Shown here piece after piece: positions 1-10,150 of a DNA stretch of 64,000 bases. The stretch is from contig NC_043007.1 in NCBI RefSeq assembly GCF_006345805.1, forward strand, positions 41,540,001 through 41,604,000, in the 5' to 3' direction. The notes beneath the pieces were generated by a model. It had not been told where the DNA came from, did no database searches, and saw nothing but the letters and a program-made list of their open reading frames with translations. The position numbers and the translations under genes were made by a program. The number at the start of each line of letters is the position of its first letter. Position 1 is the stretch's first letter. This DNA is from Octopus sinensis. Its lineage: Eukaryota.

Positions 1-603
1 ACCACAGTGATATTGAACAGATGGATATTGGATATCCTAAGAAGTGACAGAAGACTTGAAAAGCCAATGTATTTATAAACTATATACATAATAAAAATAT
101 ATACTAAAACAAAAAGTACACCTTCTTGATATAAACATTATTATATTATGCTTGTCATATTTGATAAGTCTATAGATATAAACATTATCAAGTTTCTCAT
201 ATTGTAAATTCAAGTAAGGTTAATGTATTGTAATATACAGAAGCAATAAAATGCATATACATGATACTCTGTTTGCAAGCAGTGTTACAAAATGATAAAA
301 AGAACTCGATACATAAAGTAGAGTAACTTAGTTTTTTGCTTTTGCTATTGTTAGAATTCACCAAATCATTATTTTTTATATTTTGCCGATATGCCATCAG
401 ATGACTGCCTCTTTGGCTTGAAACCTGAAATAATAGAACAGTAGGCAAATCCAACAATAATATTATACATGTGTGTGAGTATGTGTAAGTGTGTATATAT
501 GTATATGCATTTCCCTCTTCCTGCTTTGTCTTGGTAAAAATACTCCCATTCGTCTATGGCTTTTCGTGAGTACTGTACATATTGTCCAACAAAAGACACA
601 TAA

Positions 604-768
604 TCAGGATTTCTTCGGGCAAAGCCAAAGATGAATATAACACACTTTATCCATGGAGCCTGAGGGATAATGACCATAACATTTACACTGGTACTGATTG
701 TTTTGCTCTCTCAGTTGCGTCGACAGACCGTGATAAACAGAGCATGTAGCTGACATCACAATATAGTT
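604..768 (-). CDS. Terminal coding exon (7 of 7 found) of type II membrane, SR-A-like protein: NYIVMSATCSVYHGLSTQLREQNNQYQCKCYGHYPSGSMDKVCYIHLWLCPKKS*
   Basis: Minus-strand acceptor ttccctttcag at 771-769; 165 nt = 54 codons + TGA (606-604); phase 0 matches the upstream exon; carries 5 of the 6 head Cys. Confidence 0.88.
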   Translation of the reverse strand, partial: NYIVMSATCSVYHGLSTQLREQNNQYQCKCYGHYPSGSMDKVCYIHLWLCPKKS

Positions 769-1918
769 CTGAAAGGGAAACAGAGAAAGAAAAACAGATG
801 ACAACACATGAAACAGTAAACACACATGAACAAAGCTTCTATATCAAGTATGGGTAACATTTTTTTTTACCAAGGAGTGGCTCGCATGAGACATGGTGTA
901 TCTTTTATCTTTTACTTGTTTCAGTCATTAGACTGCAGCCCCGTTGGGGCACCATCTTGAAGGGTTTTAGTCAAACAAATTGACCCTAGGAATTATTTTT
1001 TGAAGCCTAGTATTTATTCTATTGGTCTCTTTTGCCAAACTACTAAGTTACGAGGATGTGAACACATCAAGACTGGTTGTCAAGTGTTGGTGTGAGACAA
1101 ACACAAAATCACACACATATATAAACGTACAATGGACTTCTTTCAGTTTTCATCGACCAAATCCACTCACAAGGCTTTGGTTGGTTAGAAGACACTTGCC
1201 CAAGGTGCCATGCAGAAGGGGCTGATCCCAGAACTATCTGGTTGGGTGGCAAGCTTCTTACCACACAGACATGCCAGTGCCTACTAAAAAAAAAAATAAA
1301 GGTAATTTTTCATTAGGTGTTCAGAAAGCCCATTATGGTTGCTCAACAAGATAGCTTAGTTTGCAGGAAATGGTAGTGAAATCTCTGAGTTTAAAGAAGG
1401 GTATATAGGGTAGTTTTAACTACACTCTCTCTTTTCAGGCCTCATGTATACAGGCACTGGTAATCACAGATTTCTATAGCAAAATCTGAAGATTCATAGT
1501 AGTTTCCTAGTAGTTGGTATATTTACAGCTAATCTCTTAGTTTCCTAAAATTACTGACATTTTTGCAAAATCGTTATTATTCTTTTAACCCTTTTTGTTA
1601 CAAATCCACCCAAGACTGTCACTTGGTTTCTCTGATGAAAAAAAAAATCGTTTTTATAGTGATATAAATTTAAAAATTTCCATTAAATTTTATTAACCTA
1701 GGTTCCAAACACCAGCTTAATAACAAAGTTATTTTACTAAAATCTCAATTATTTTGTAAATTAACTGAAACAAAGGCATGTATTTAGGCATGGCTGTGTG
1801 GTAAGAAGCTCCTTTCCCAATCACACAGTTCTGGGTTCAGTCCCACTGCATGGCACCTTGGGCAACACTTTTCTACTAGAGACCTAGGCTGAATAGTCGT
1901 ACGAATGGATTAGGTATA

Positions 1919-2330
1919 TACTCTTTTACTCTTTTACTTGTTTCAGTCATCTGACTGCGGCCATGCTGGAGCACCACCTTTTTTAATCGAGCAACTCGAC
2001 CCCGGAACTTATTCTTTTGTAAGCCCAGTACTTATTCTATCGGTCTCTTTTGCCGAACCACTAAGTAACGGGGACATAAACACACCAGCATCGGTTGTCA
2101 AGCAATGCTAGGGGGACAAACACAGACACACAAACACACCCACGCATATATATATATACATATATACGACGGGCTTCTTTCAGTTTTCTTCTACCAAATC
2201 CACTCACAAGGCTTTGGTCGGCCCGAGGCTATAGTAGAAGACACTTGCCCAAGGTGCCACGCAGTGGGACTGAACCCGGAACCATGTGGTTGGTAAACAA
2301 GCTACTTACCACACAGCCACTCCTACGCCT
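1919..2330 (-). mobile_element. SINE family A, full-length young copy (tRNA-like head, internal TA/CA microsatellite, tail GACTGAAACAAGTAAAAGAGTAAAAGAG)
   Basis: Same sequence recurs about 20 times: about 903-1275(-), 1785-1915(+), 16285-16697(+), 20805-20975(+), 28436-28779(+), 31195-31620(-), 33395-33785(+), 36600-37350(+), 37405-37805(-), 44944-45370(-), 46125-46316(+), 53570-53920(+), 54320-54930(+), 58786-59154(+), 59866-60350(+), 62335-62825(-), 63361-63708(+). Confidence 0.9.
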
Positions 2331-2810
2331 ATATATAAATCTTTGCTACAAATTCATATGTCCTTTAATGAAAACTCCAGATTCGCCTTTTCCATCATGT
2401 AAGTTGATCAGCTGGAATCATTGAGTTACAGTGAAAGGCATATAATAACATTCAGTTAAGGATTCATTAAGAATAGAGACACATTGTACGTTTATACCTA
2501 ACCATTTTCTGGCATCTAACATGTCAGAGCTAAATTGTAAACATCAATTGCTGACAGGATACTGTACTTGTGTAAATACCAAATCCAAATGTAATACTTA
2601 TTTATTCACATTCACATGTGGTTGTATTATTTTTATAATAACATGACAGGCCAGATCTGGTTGGTTTGAACACAAAAAAGGTGAATGGAACAATATTTTG
2701 GTCCAATGTGGCCAGTTGAAATGCTAAAGGGTAAAAAGATTGAAATGTGAATCAATGTAAAATCAATACAAAGTTTGCTTAACGTCCAATTTTGTGGAAT
2801 TTTGGTTTAA

Positions 2811-3030
2811 CCCTTTTGTTACTGTAATTATTTTGAGATGTTCTGTGTTTCTATCAATTACTTTAAATATAACAACGAATTTAGTTAAATAACTTAGTTA
2901 TCATTCAGCTAGTGTTAGGAACATAAATTGTGATTAAGGTTTGGTGAAAGATTTTAATTCAAAACTTATGAAAACAAGACATTTGTACTCAGAACCAGAG
3001 CTGGTTTCAGCCAGGCTGGTAACAAAAGGG
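2811..3030. mobile_element. Complete TTAA-targeting (piggyBac-like) MITE
   Basis: 12-bp TIRs CCCTTTTGTTAC / GTAACAAAAGGG flanked by TTAA (2807-2810, 3031-3034). Fragments of the family also occur at about 1586-1790, 21870-21990, 25700-25890, 33060-33400, 33960-34410, 44700-44900 and 56160-56600. Confidence 0.85.
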
Positions 3031-3038
3031 TTAAACAT

Positions 3039-3535
3039 CCCATGTAACCTCTCATAACTTTTTTTATTTCTAGGAATTTTCAGAAAATTTTTACAAATTT
3101 GTTTTCTACACACAAGAATTCATACAATAATGCAAAAAAGTTTTTATTTAGTTGGTGATTTAAGGGTAATTTCGTTTTTTTTTTTAGCACATTCAACATT
3201 TATCTGATACCTTCCTCGCTTCTTTGTCACTGATATGTATTGATGTTTTTCAATATTTTTCTCCCCATAAACACACTTTATGGAATGATGATGCACCCAA
3301 GGGTGATCCATTGCAGGGATTTAAGCAAAAAATTCAGACTGTCTCTATTTTAAACTCTGATTTTAAAAAGAAATTTGAAAAAGAGTGGAAATTTTAGGAT
3401 TTATGGGTGGGTGCGGTATAAATATAAAAAAATATTTTTTTATTTTTCATAATCATATGAATTTCCAAGTGTAGAACACAAATTTGCTAAAACCTTCTGA
3501 AAATGCCAAAAAAGAAATGTGAGGAATTATATGGG
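3039..3535. mobile_element. Degenerate MITE with about 85-bp imperfect terminal inverted repeats
   Basis: cccatgtaa...ttttcagaaaatttttacaaatttgttttctacac...aattcata (3039-3124) is the reverse complement, with mismatches, of 3456-3535. Confidence 0.65.
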
Positions 3536-3758
3536 AATCTTAAACCAGAAATTCTGTCACCCATTTTTCAATGATCACATGGTATTGACGAGGATTGAAT
3601 TTTGAGGTTGGATTTTACAAGATGTTCTTGTCACAAAACCTAACCCATTTTTGAGTAAGAGATTATGTATTTACTCCATAGGTCCCAAAATTACAGAGTG
3701 ACCAACCATCATGCCAACTGGAAAATAGTAATCTAAAATTAAGTTATATAGTACTTAC

Positions 3759-3869
3759 TTTAAGCTTGTTCTGAAGTGGAGCCCATATTGTTGAGGTCAC
3801 ATCCTGTCCACCTGAGTTATGCCTGGACTCGTATATACATTTGGAAAGATCTCCAACACCAGGTGGACC
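3759..3869 (-). CDS. Coding exon 6: GPPGVGDLSKCIYESRHNSGGQDVTSTIWAPLQNKLK (end of mini-collagen, start of Cys-rich head)
   Basis: Acceptor ctttcag (3872-3870), donor GTAAGT (3758-3753); 111 nt, phase 0-0, open; continues GPQ of the previous exon into GPP-GVG. Confidence 0.9.
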
Positions 3870-3898
3870 CTGAAAGTATTGTAGATTACAATGGAAAT

Positions 3899-6664
3899 TA
3901 ATATATATGTGCGTGTGTGTATATATGTGGTTATGTTTGTGGTGTGTGTATATATGTGTGTGTATTTGTGTGTATTGTGTATGAATGGGGTTTTATCTTT
4001 ATCTTTATATTTGTATGTATAGACTTCATTATCATGATTAGTTTAATAAGTATTTTGTATGTAGGTATGGGTGTGTATGTATGTGTGCGTGTGTACAAGT
4101 GTAAGTATAGATGCGGTAGTGTATGAGTGCTATGTAATTGAGTGTGATTATTTATGTACTTGTATACATGCAAGTTTTGAATGTCCGTGTGATTGCACCC
4201 GTCTGCGTGTACACACTCATTTTTTTTATATATATATTAATATCTATATGAGTTTTCGTTTTTTATGGTTTTTTTAAAGAATTTGTAGAAAGTTTTGTAT
4301 ATCCATTCATAATTTTTTATTTACGTTTGTTTACTACGCGCTAAGATTTTTATATTCCATTCATAATTTTAAAGACGCTGTTTTACGCAGCGCTAATAAT
4401 TTTTATATGTTCGGTTCCATGGTAACGCAATTTTTTGTTTATTGTAATAACGGATAAAGTTATTCACTTCAAAATTTGATACTGATTAGAAGGTATGTAT
4501 ATTTTTCTCCTTTGTTAATCTTGTTACTTATGATAATCTGATTTCTTATGGAGTATTTTATATATCGTATTATGTGTAGAGATGTTGTTTTCTTTTGTAT
4601 GTTTATGTATGTGTGAATTTGTGTGCGTGTGCGTATTTGATTGTATCGAGTTTTGTATGTATTATTTGTATGTGTGAGTGTGTATATGGTTATGTTTGTG
4701 GGTGTGTGTATATATGTGTGTGTATTTATGTGTATTGTGTAATGGGTTGTATCTTTATATTTATACTTGTATGTATGGATTTTATTTATCATGATTATTT
4801 TACTAAGAATTTTTTGTATGTAGGTATGGGTGTGTATGTATGTGTGAGAGTGTACAAGTGTAAGTGTAGATGTGGGAGTGTATAAGTGCTATGTAATTGG
4901 GTGTGATTATTTATGCACTTGTATATATGTAAGTTTTGAATGTGCGTGTGATTGCACCCGTCTGTGTGTACACACTCTTTTTTATATATATATTAATATC
5001 TATATGAGTTTTCGTTTTTTATGGTTTTTTTAAAGAATTTGTAGAAAGTTTTGTATATCCATTCATAATTTTTTATTTACGTTTGTTTACTACGCGCTAA
5101 GATTTTTATATTCCATTCATAATTTTAAAGACGCTGTTTTACGCAGCGCTAATAATTTTTATATGTTCGGTTCCATGGTAACGCAATTTTTTGTTTATTG
5201 TAATAACGGATAAAGTTATTCACTTCAAAATTTGATACTGATTAGAAGGTATGTATATTTTTCTCCTTTGTTAATCTTGTTACTTATGATAATCTGATTT
5301 CTTATGGAGTATTTTATATATCGTATTATGTGTAGAGATGTTGTTTTCTTTTGTATGTTTATGTATGTGTGAATTTGTGTGCGTGTGCGTATTTGATTGT
5401 ATCGAGTTTTGTATGTATTATTTGTATGTGTGAGTGTGTATATGGTTATGTTTGTGGGTGTGTGTATATATGTGTGTGTATTTATGTGTATTGTGTAATG
5501 GGTTGTATCTTTATATTTATACTTGTATGTATGGATTTTATTTATCATGATTATTTTACTAAGAATTTTTTGTATGTAGGTATGGGTGTGTATGTATGTG
5601 TGAGAGTGTACAAGTGTAAGTGTAGATGTGGGAGTGTATAGTGCTATGTAATTGGGTGTGATTATTTATGCACTTGTATATATGTAAGTTTTGAATGTGC
5701 GTGTGATTGCACCCGTCTGTGTGTACACACTCTTTTTTATATATATATTAATATATATGAGTTTTCGTTTTTCATGGTCGTTTTATTAAAGTTTGTTTGT
5801 ATCGGGACTTGTACGTATGTATATGTATGTGTGAGTGTGTATATGGTTATGTTTGTGGGTGTGTGTATATATGTGTGTGTATTTGTGTGTATTGTGTTAG
5901 GGTTTGTATAGTTATATTTATACTTGAATGTATGGATTTCATTTCCATTCATAATTTTTTTTAAATGTTTGATATCCACGTGCTAAGAATTGTTCGGTTT
6001 TCTTTTGAGTGTTTATGTATGTGTGTGTGTGTGTGTGATTGTTTGCGTAATTTATTTATCTGTATGGGTGTGGGTGTTTATATATTGGTATATATCGTGT
6101 TCTGTATGTATGTGTATGTATATGTATGTGAGAGCGGGTATATGTATATTGTTTATGAATTGAGTGTTGTATGTGTGTGTGAGGAAGTATGAATAAGTAA
6201 TGTGTTGAGTGTATGAGCATGTATGTGTATATATAGTTTATTTTTTGTTTTTTGTTTTTGTTTTTAGGTTTTGGTTTTTGTTTTTTGCTTGTTGTTTTTT
6301 GGTTTTTGTACGTTTTTAAATATGAGAAATTTTATAATAGGTTTTTATATTCAATTGTTTATAGGGTTTATTTTAGATTATTTTAGATTATATATTGATT
6401 ATATATAGATTATATATAGATTATATATAGATTATATTTTTATTTTTTTACATTCTTTCATTGATAATTTTATTGTTTTATTATTTTAAATTATTTTAAA
6501 TTATATTTTAAAATATTGCTATTCTTAGATCGAAAATCCACCTGAAGATTGTCGGAGCAGACATGAAACATTTGTAGTGGCGGTTTATTTAATTTATATT
6601 AAAATGTTATGTATTGATTAAGTCTTTCCTTGTTTGGTTTTAAAATAGTGGTTTTGTCTCGAAT

Positions 6665-6665
<1 letters not shown>
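3899..6665. repeat. TG/TA-rich block containing a 756-bp tandem duplication (two near-identical copies about 4230-5750 plus diverged partial copies), ending in a Penelope-like tail
   Basis: Identical ORFs at 4469/5225 and 4595/5351 (offset 756); tatctatatgag at 4241 and 4997; flanked by (TA)n. Confidence 0.85.
6538..6580 (+). ncRNA. Minimal type I hammerhead ribozyme motif (Penelope-like element type)
   Basis: CCAC-CTGAAGA-T-TGTC-GGAGCA-GACA-T-GAAAC-ATTT-GTA-GTGG: stem I CCAC/GTGG, core CUGANGA, stem II TGTC/GACA, GAAA, short stem III, GUA cleavage triplet. Confidence 0.65.
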
Positions 6666-6719
<54 letters not shown>

Positions 6720-7422
6720 TCTGTGCATGTGAGTGTGTACATATATATATATATAAACAAATGCAAATATATCCAACCAGTATATGGTCATGTTTAAATA
6801 AGATTTAAATAATTTTACATTTTACTGAATTTATGTGTAATTAGATTTGACTTTGAGATGAAAATGATGAAATAGTTCTTTTAAAATTTAGACTTCCATG
6901 CATTGTATATATGCCAGCATATGCATATACACACATATGATTTGATGCAATATACTTTACCAGAATTTTTCAACTTTTTTCTGGTAAAACATTTTGCTCC
7001 TACAAAAGTTGTATTAACCATGTTATTGAAGTAAGGACAAACAGATTGTTATCGAACAAAATTGCATAATACCAGAATGAAAACAAAACCAAATGTTGAT
7101 ATCGTGATGTTTTGAATGCATTTAAGACATGTGTTTCTGGTAGTTATATAAGACAGATGTTACCTAATCTATTCCTCAGTCAAACATTTAAAATATATTT
7201 GAAGATGTTTGATTAAGGAAAGTATTAAGATCTACCTTAGATAACCACTGGAGATATATGTGTTAAATGCATTCAAACTATTAAAATAGCATTTGTTTTT
7301 GTCTTTGTTCTAGTATACATACACACACAAATATGACTGTATGCAAACATTCATATCTATGAAAATATGCTCAAAGACATACAATATTTAAAAATACAAT
7401 ATATAAAAGTAAGTATCCATAC

Positions 7423-7593
7423 CTGAGGTCCAGTCATTTTACTAATATTATGTAGCTGTGTTTGGAAATCCAGTAAAGAGCTATTTAGATATGAAAACAG
7501 ATCTTGGATGTCTTCATTTTTATTGGCGATGACATTATCAAGGGATCGCATTGCTATGTCACTGTTATTTTGGTTCTGAATTATTTCTTCCAG
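7423..7593 (-). CDS. Coding exon 5: LEEIIQNQNNSDIAMRSLDNVIANKNEDIQDLFSYLNSSLLDFQTQLHNISKMTGPQ (coiled-coil stalk)
   Basis: Acceptor ttccttttag, donor CAG|GTATGG; 171 nt, phase 0-0; amphipathic L/I/Q/N/E pattern; sequons NNS, NSS, NIS. Confidence 0.9.
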
Positions 7594-7628
7594 CTAAAAG
7601 GAATGGAAAAATGATTTGTGTATGTGTG

Positions 7629-7670
<42 letters not shown>

Positions 7671-8397
7671 ACACACACACACATACATACATACATATAA
7701 CACATGCACATATATACATACATATATAAAACACACACATATAGACATACATTTATATAAGACACACATATATACATACATTTATAAAACACACACATAT
7801 ATATACACACACACACATTTATATAACACAAACACACACACACACATATATGTATATATACAGCAATAAGAAAATGGAGGGGATCAAGAGGTAATATTCA
7901 TCAACTTTTAGACATTATATTATTTTTATTTATTTTTTAAAAAACAATTATAAAAATATACATACATGTATAACATATGCTTTAGATATATAATATATAA
8001 AAATACCAGTAATTATTAAAATATATAACGTAGAGCATAGAAAGTAGGATAGTATCTTACAGCTGTTTCAGTAAAGAGGCCATAGTACCCCACTCTACTT
8101 CCATCCCTTCAGTGAACTGAAGTATTTGGTAGATAAGATTAAGGTACCTGAGTGTGTCTCTGGGTAAAGTAAGTTAGGTAAGTTGGCTTACATCCCTTTG
8201 CTTCTTTTATTAATCATCTCCCCTTCATTTTTATTTACTTTTTGTTCACCCATAATAAAAATTAGGAATCCAAAATTTCTGGACCTCACGGAGTCAGTCT
8301 GATTCCAAAATAATATATGCTGGGCTACAGCCTCTAGGAGTAAAGTTGGAAAAGTGTGATACACTGACATCCACATTTATTACATTGAACATATATA

Positions 8398-8443
<46 letters not shown>

Positions 8444-8524
8444 CAATTACAGTGTGGAAGGTGTTTATAAGCCATTTAAGAAACACACAAAAACCGTTAG
8501 ATTCACTTCAACATTTAAATTTAA

Positions 8525-8575
8525 TTTGTCAAAATATTTTCGTCGCTTTAAGACCATGACCTGTTCACTGACAAA
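8525..8575 (-). ncRNA. Minimal type I hammerhead-like motif with G3-C8 covariant core
   Basis: Minus strand: TTTGTCA-GTGAACA-G-GTCAT-GGTCTTAAA-GCGAC-GAAA-ATAT-TT-TGACAAA; 7-bp stem I, stem II with one mismatch, palindromic AATATT at stem III. Confidence 0.5.
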
Positions 8576-8589
8576 ATTCCGTGCTGCAT

Positions 8590-9001
8590 CTCACATGACA
8601 GCAAAGGAGAGCACACATTCACTCTCTGCAGGTGATTAAACTCGGAAAGTTTGTGAGGAACCCATTGACCCAATTTGTTGACTTTTCCGATGGCACACAG
8701 GTGTCAATGAATAACCAAATCCAAGCTTCTCTGCTAGCTCCTCAACAGTTACAATGGGATTTTGTTCCACCAGGGTTTGCAAGATATCTCCATCAAGCTC
8801 TGCAGATCTTCCCGGATAGGGCTCATTTTCTAGGTTGTAGTTTCTGGCTCAGAATTTCTAGAACCACCATTGGCACTGGATTACGCTTATTGTCAGATCC
8901 CCATATACTGCATTAATATTCCTCACACTTTCCGTTGTGTTGTTGCCTTCATTGAACTCTTTAAACAAAATATACTGAATATGCTCCTTTGGCACTTCCA
9001 T
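8590..9001 (-). mobile_element. Truncated, degenerate mariner (Tc1/mariner) transposase 5' half
   Basis: MEVPKEHIQYILFKEFNEGNNTTESVRNINAVYGDLTISVIQCQWW, then in shifted frames ELDGDILQTLVEQNPIVTVEELAEKLGFG and KVNKLGQWVPHKLSE (mariner HTH motifs and WVPHxL); no DD34D region. Confidence 0.88.
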
Positions 9002-9186
9002 TGGCTGACTACATGTACACATGACAAAATGTGATTGGTTGACACAGCAGCAGCAAGCTGAGCAGCATTGTGTAATTCTGCAGTTTTGAGTTGTGTTCAC
9101 TTACAACATTGTCACATTACAAATAGTGTTACAGAGACAATGACAGCAGTGTATGTTAGCAGCTTATCAAGTTATCACTTATTGTT

Positions 9187-9816
9187 ATGGAAGATGAAAA
9201 TGTTATTGTTCAGCCTGAAGGGCCTTTTGAGGCGTCTGCAACAGCTGTGGGTGAGGCAGAGGTCACTCAAGTTGAGAGCCAAAAATTTCAGAACCTGTGG
9301 CCCCACATGGAGGACTACTTTGTTCTTATGTCAAGGGATAAGAGGAATACCAAAATCCTGTACTACTGGTGCATCATGTGCCAGCCCAAGGAGACCATTG
9401 AGGGACAAGCAGTGAGCCTCTACAACTTGAAGTTACATGTCAAAAGGAAACACCCAGCACAGGTCATCCAGTTTGAGGAGAGGGTCAAGGCCCGCCCTTC
9501 CTGTGGGAAACACAGACAATCTTCTGGTAGCAGTGCTAATAGTCAGTCATTGCAGCCAGTGCAAAGAGAGCATGCCAGCCCAGCATTGGCAAAGCATTTA
9601 CCCAAACTGCTGGCACTGGCTCCATCAGTCTATGATGGACAGAAGGATTGTAGACCTGTTTGTTGACAACATGCTACTGCTGCATGTAGTGGAGCCCCCA
9701 CCTTGATTGGTCTGTTCAAGACGCTGAACCCCAGAAAGACATCAATATCCCACCATACTCTGGGCAAGATGATCTTGGCCAGCCATAAACAGCTGGAGGA
9801 GTATTTTACAAGGTAT
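9187..9816 (+). pseudogene. hAT-superfamily transposase N-terminus with BED zinc finger; frameshifted and truncated
   Basis: LWPHMEDYF...CIMC...SLYNLKLHVKRKHP (BED pattern), then IVDLFVDNML.LHVVE and LFKTLNPRKTSISHHTLGKMI in other frames. Confidence 0.8.
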
Positions 9817-9834
9817 TTATAAATTAAAATTATA

Positions 9835-10150
9835 CACCTTATATATACATGGCAATTTCTGTCTGTCTGTTACCATCTTAGTGCCTAAACCAGCAAACCA
9901 ATATTCACGAAACTTTGCATACATGTTACACTAACATCCAGTTCAATAATAGGCTAATTAGATTTCAATAAAAATCTATAATGTGCCCCCCAGGCAAATT
10001 ATATGATAAAATGGGAAGGTTGCAAAGAGTATCAGTGAGAAGGAAAGGTGGTAGCAGAGTGAAAGTGACTTATATCAGTGAAGGTGAGAACAGCCGTGGC
10101 AATGGGATCTTAACATTAATACAGCTATCATATACATGCAACACTGCATA
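9835..10150 (+). mobile_element. Helitron-like non-autonomous fragment truncating the hAT remnant
   Basis: tatatata...ctgtctgtctgt...ccaatattcacgaaactttgcatac resembles the 5' part of non-autonomous Helitron-type elements; ends not resolved. Confidence 0.35.

Noticed and set aside
369-677. 102-aa minus-strand ORF overlapping the last exon
   Set aside because: It is an alternative frame running into the 3' UTR and a microsatellite; the spliced phase selects the Cys-rich frame ending at 604.
2095-2424. Recurrent peptides such as QIHSQGFGRPEAIVEDTCPRCHAVGLNPEPCGW and PNPLTRLWSARGYSRRHLPKVP in many ORFs
   Set aside because: They are translations of SINE family A in different frames, not a gene family.
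604-3869. Naming the gene MARCO, MSR1, COLEC12 or CTHRC1
   Set aside because: The architecture is similar, but the diagnostic SRCR, CTLD and CTHRC1 residues are absent, so no symbol is assigned.
8445-8590. Treating this segment as the 3' end or TIR of the mariner remnant
   Set aside because: No matching TIR is seen near 9100-9190, and the segment folds as a hammerhead-like Penelope-type tail, so it is treated as a separate element.
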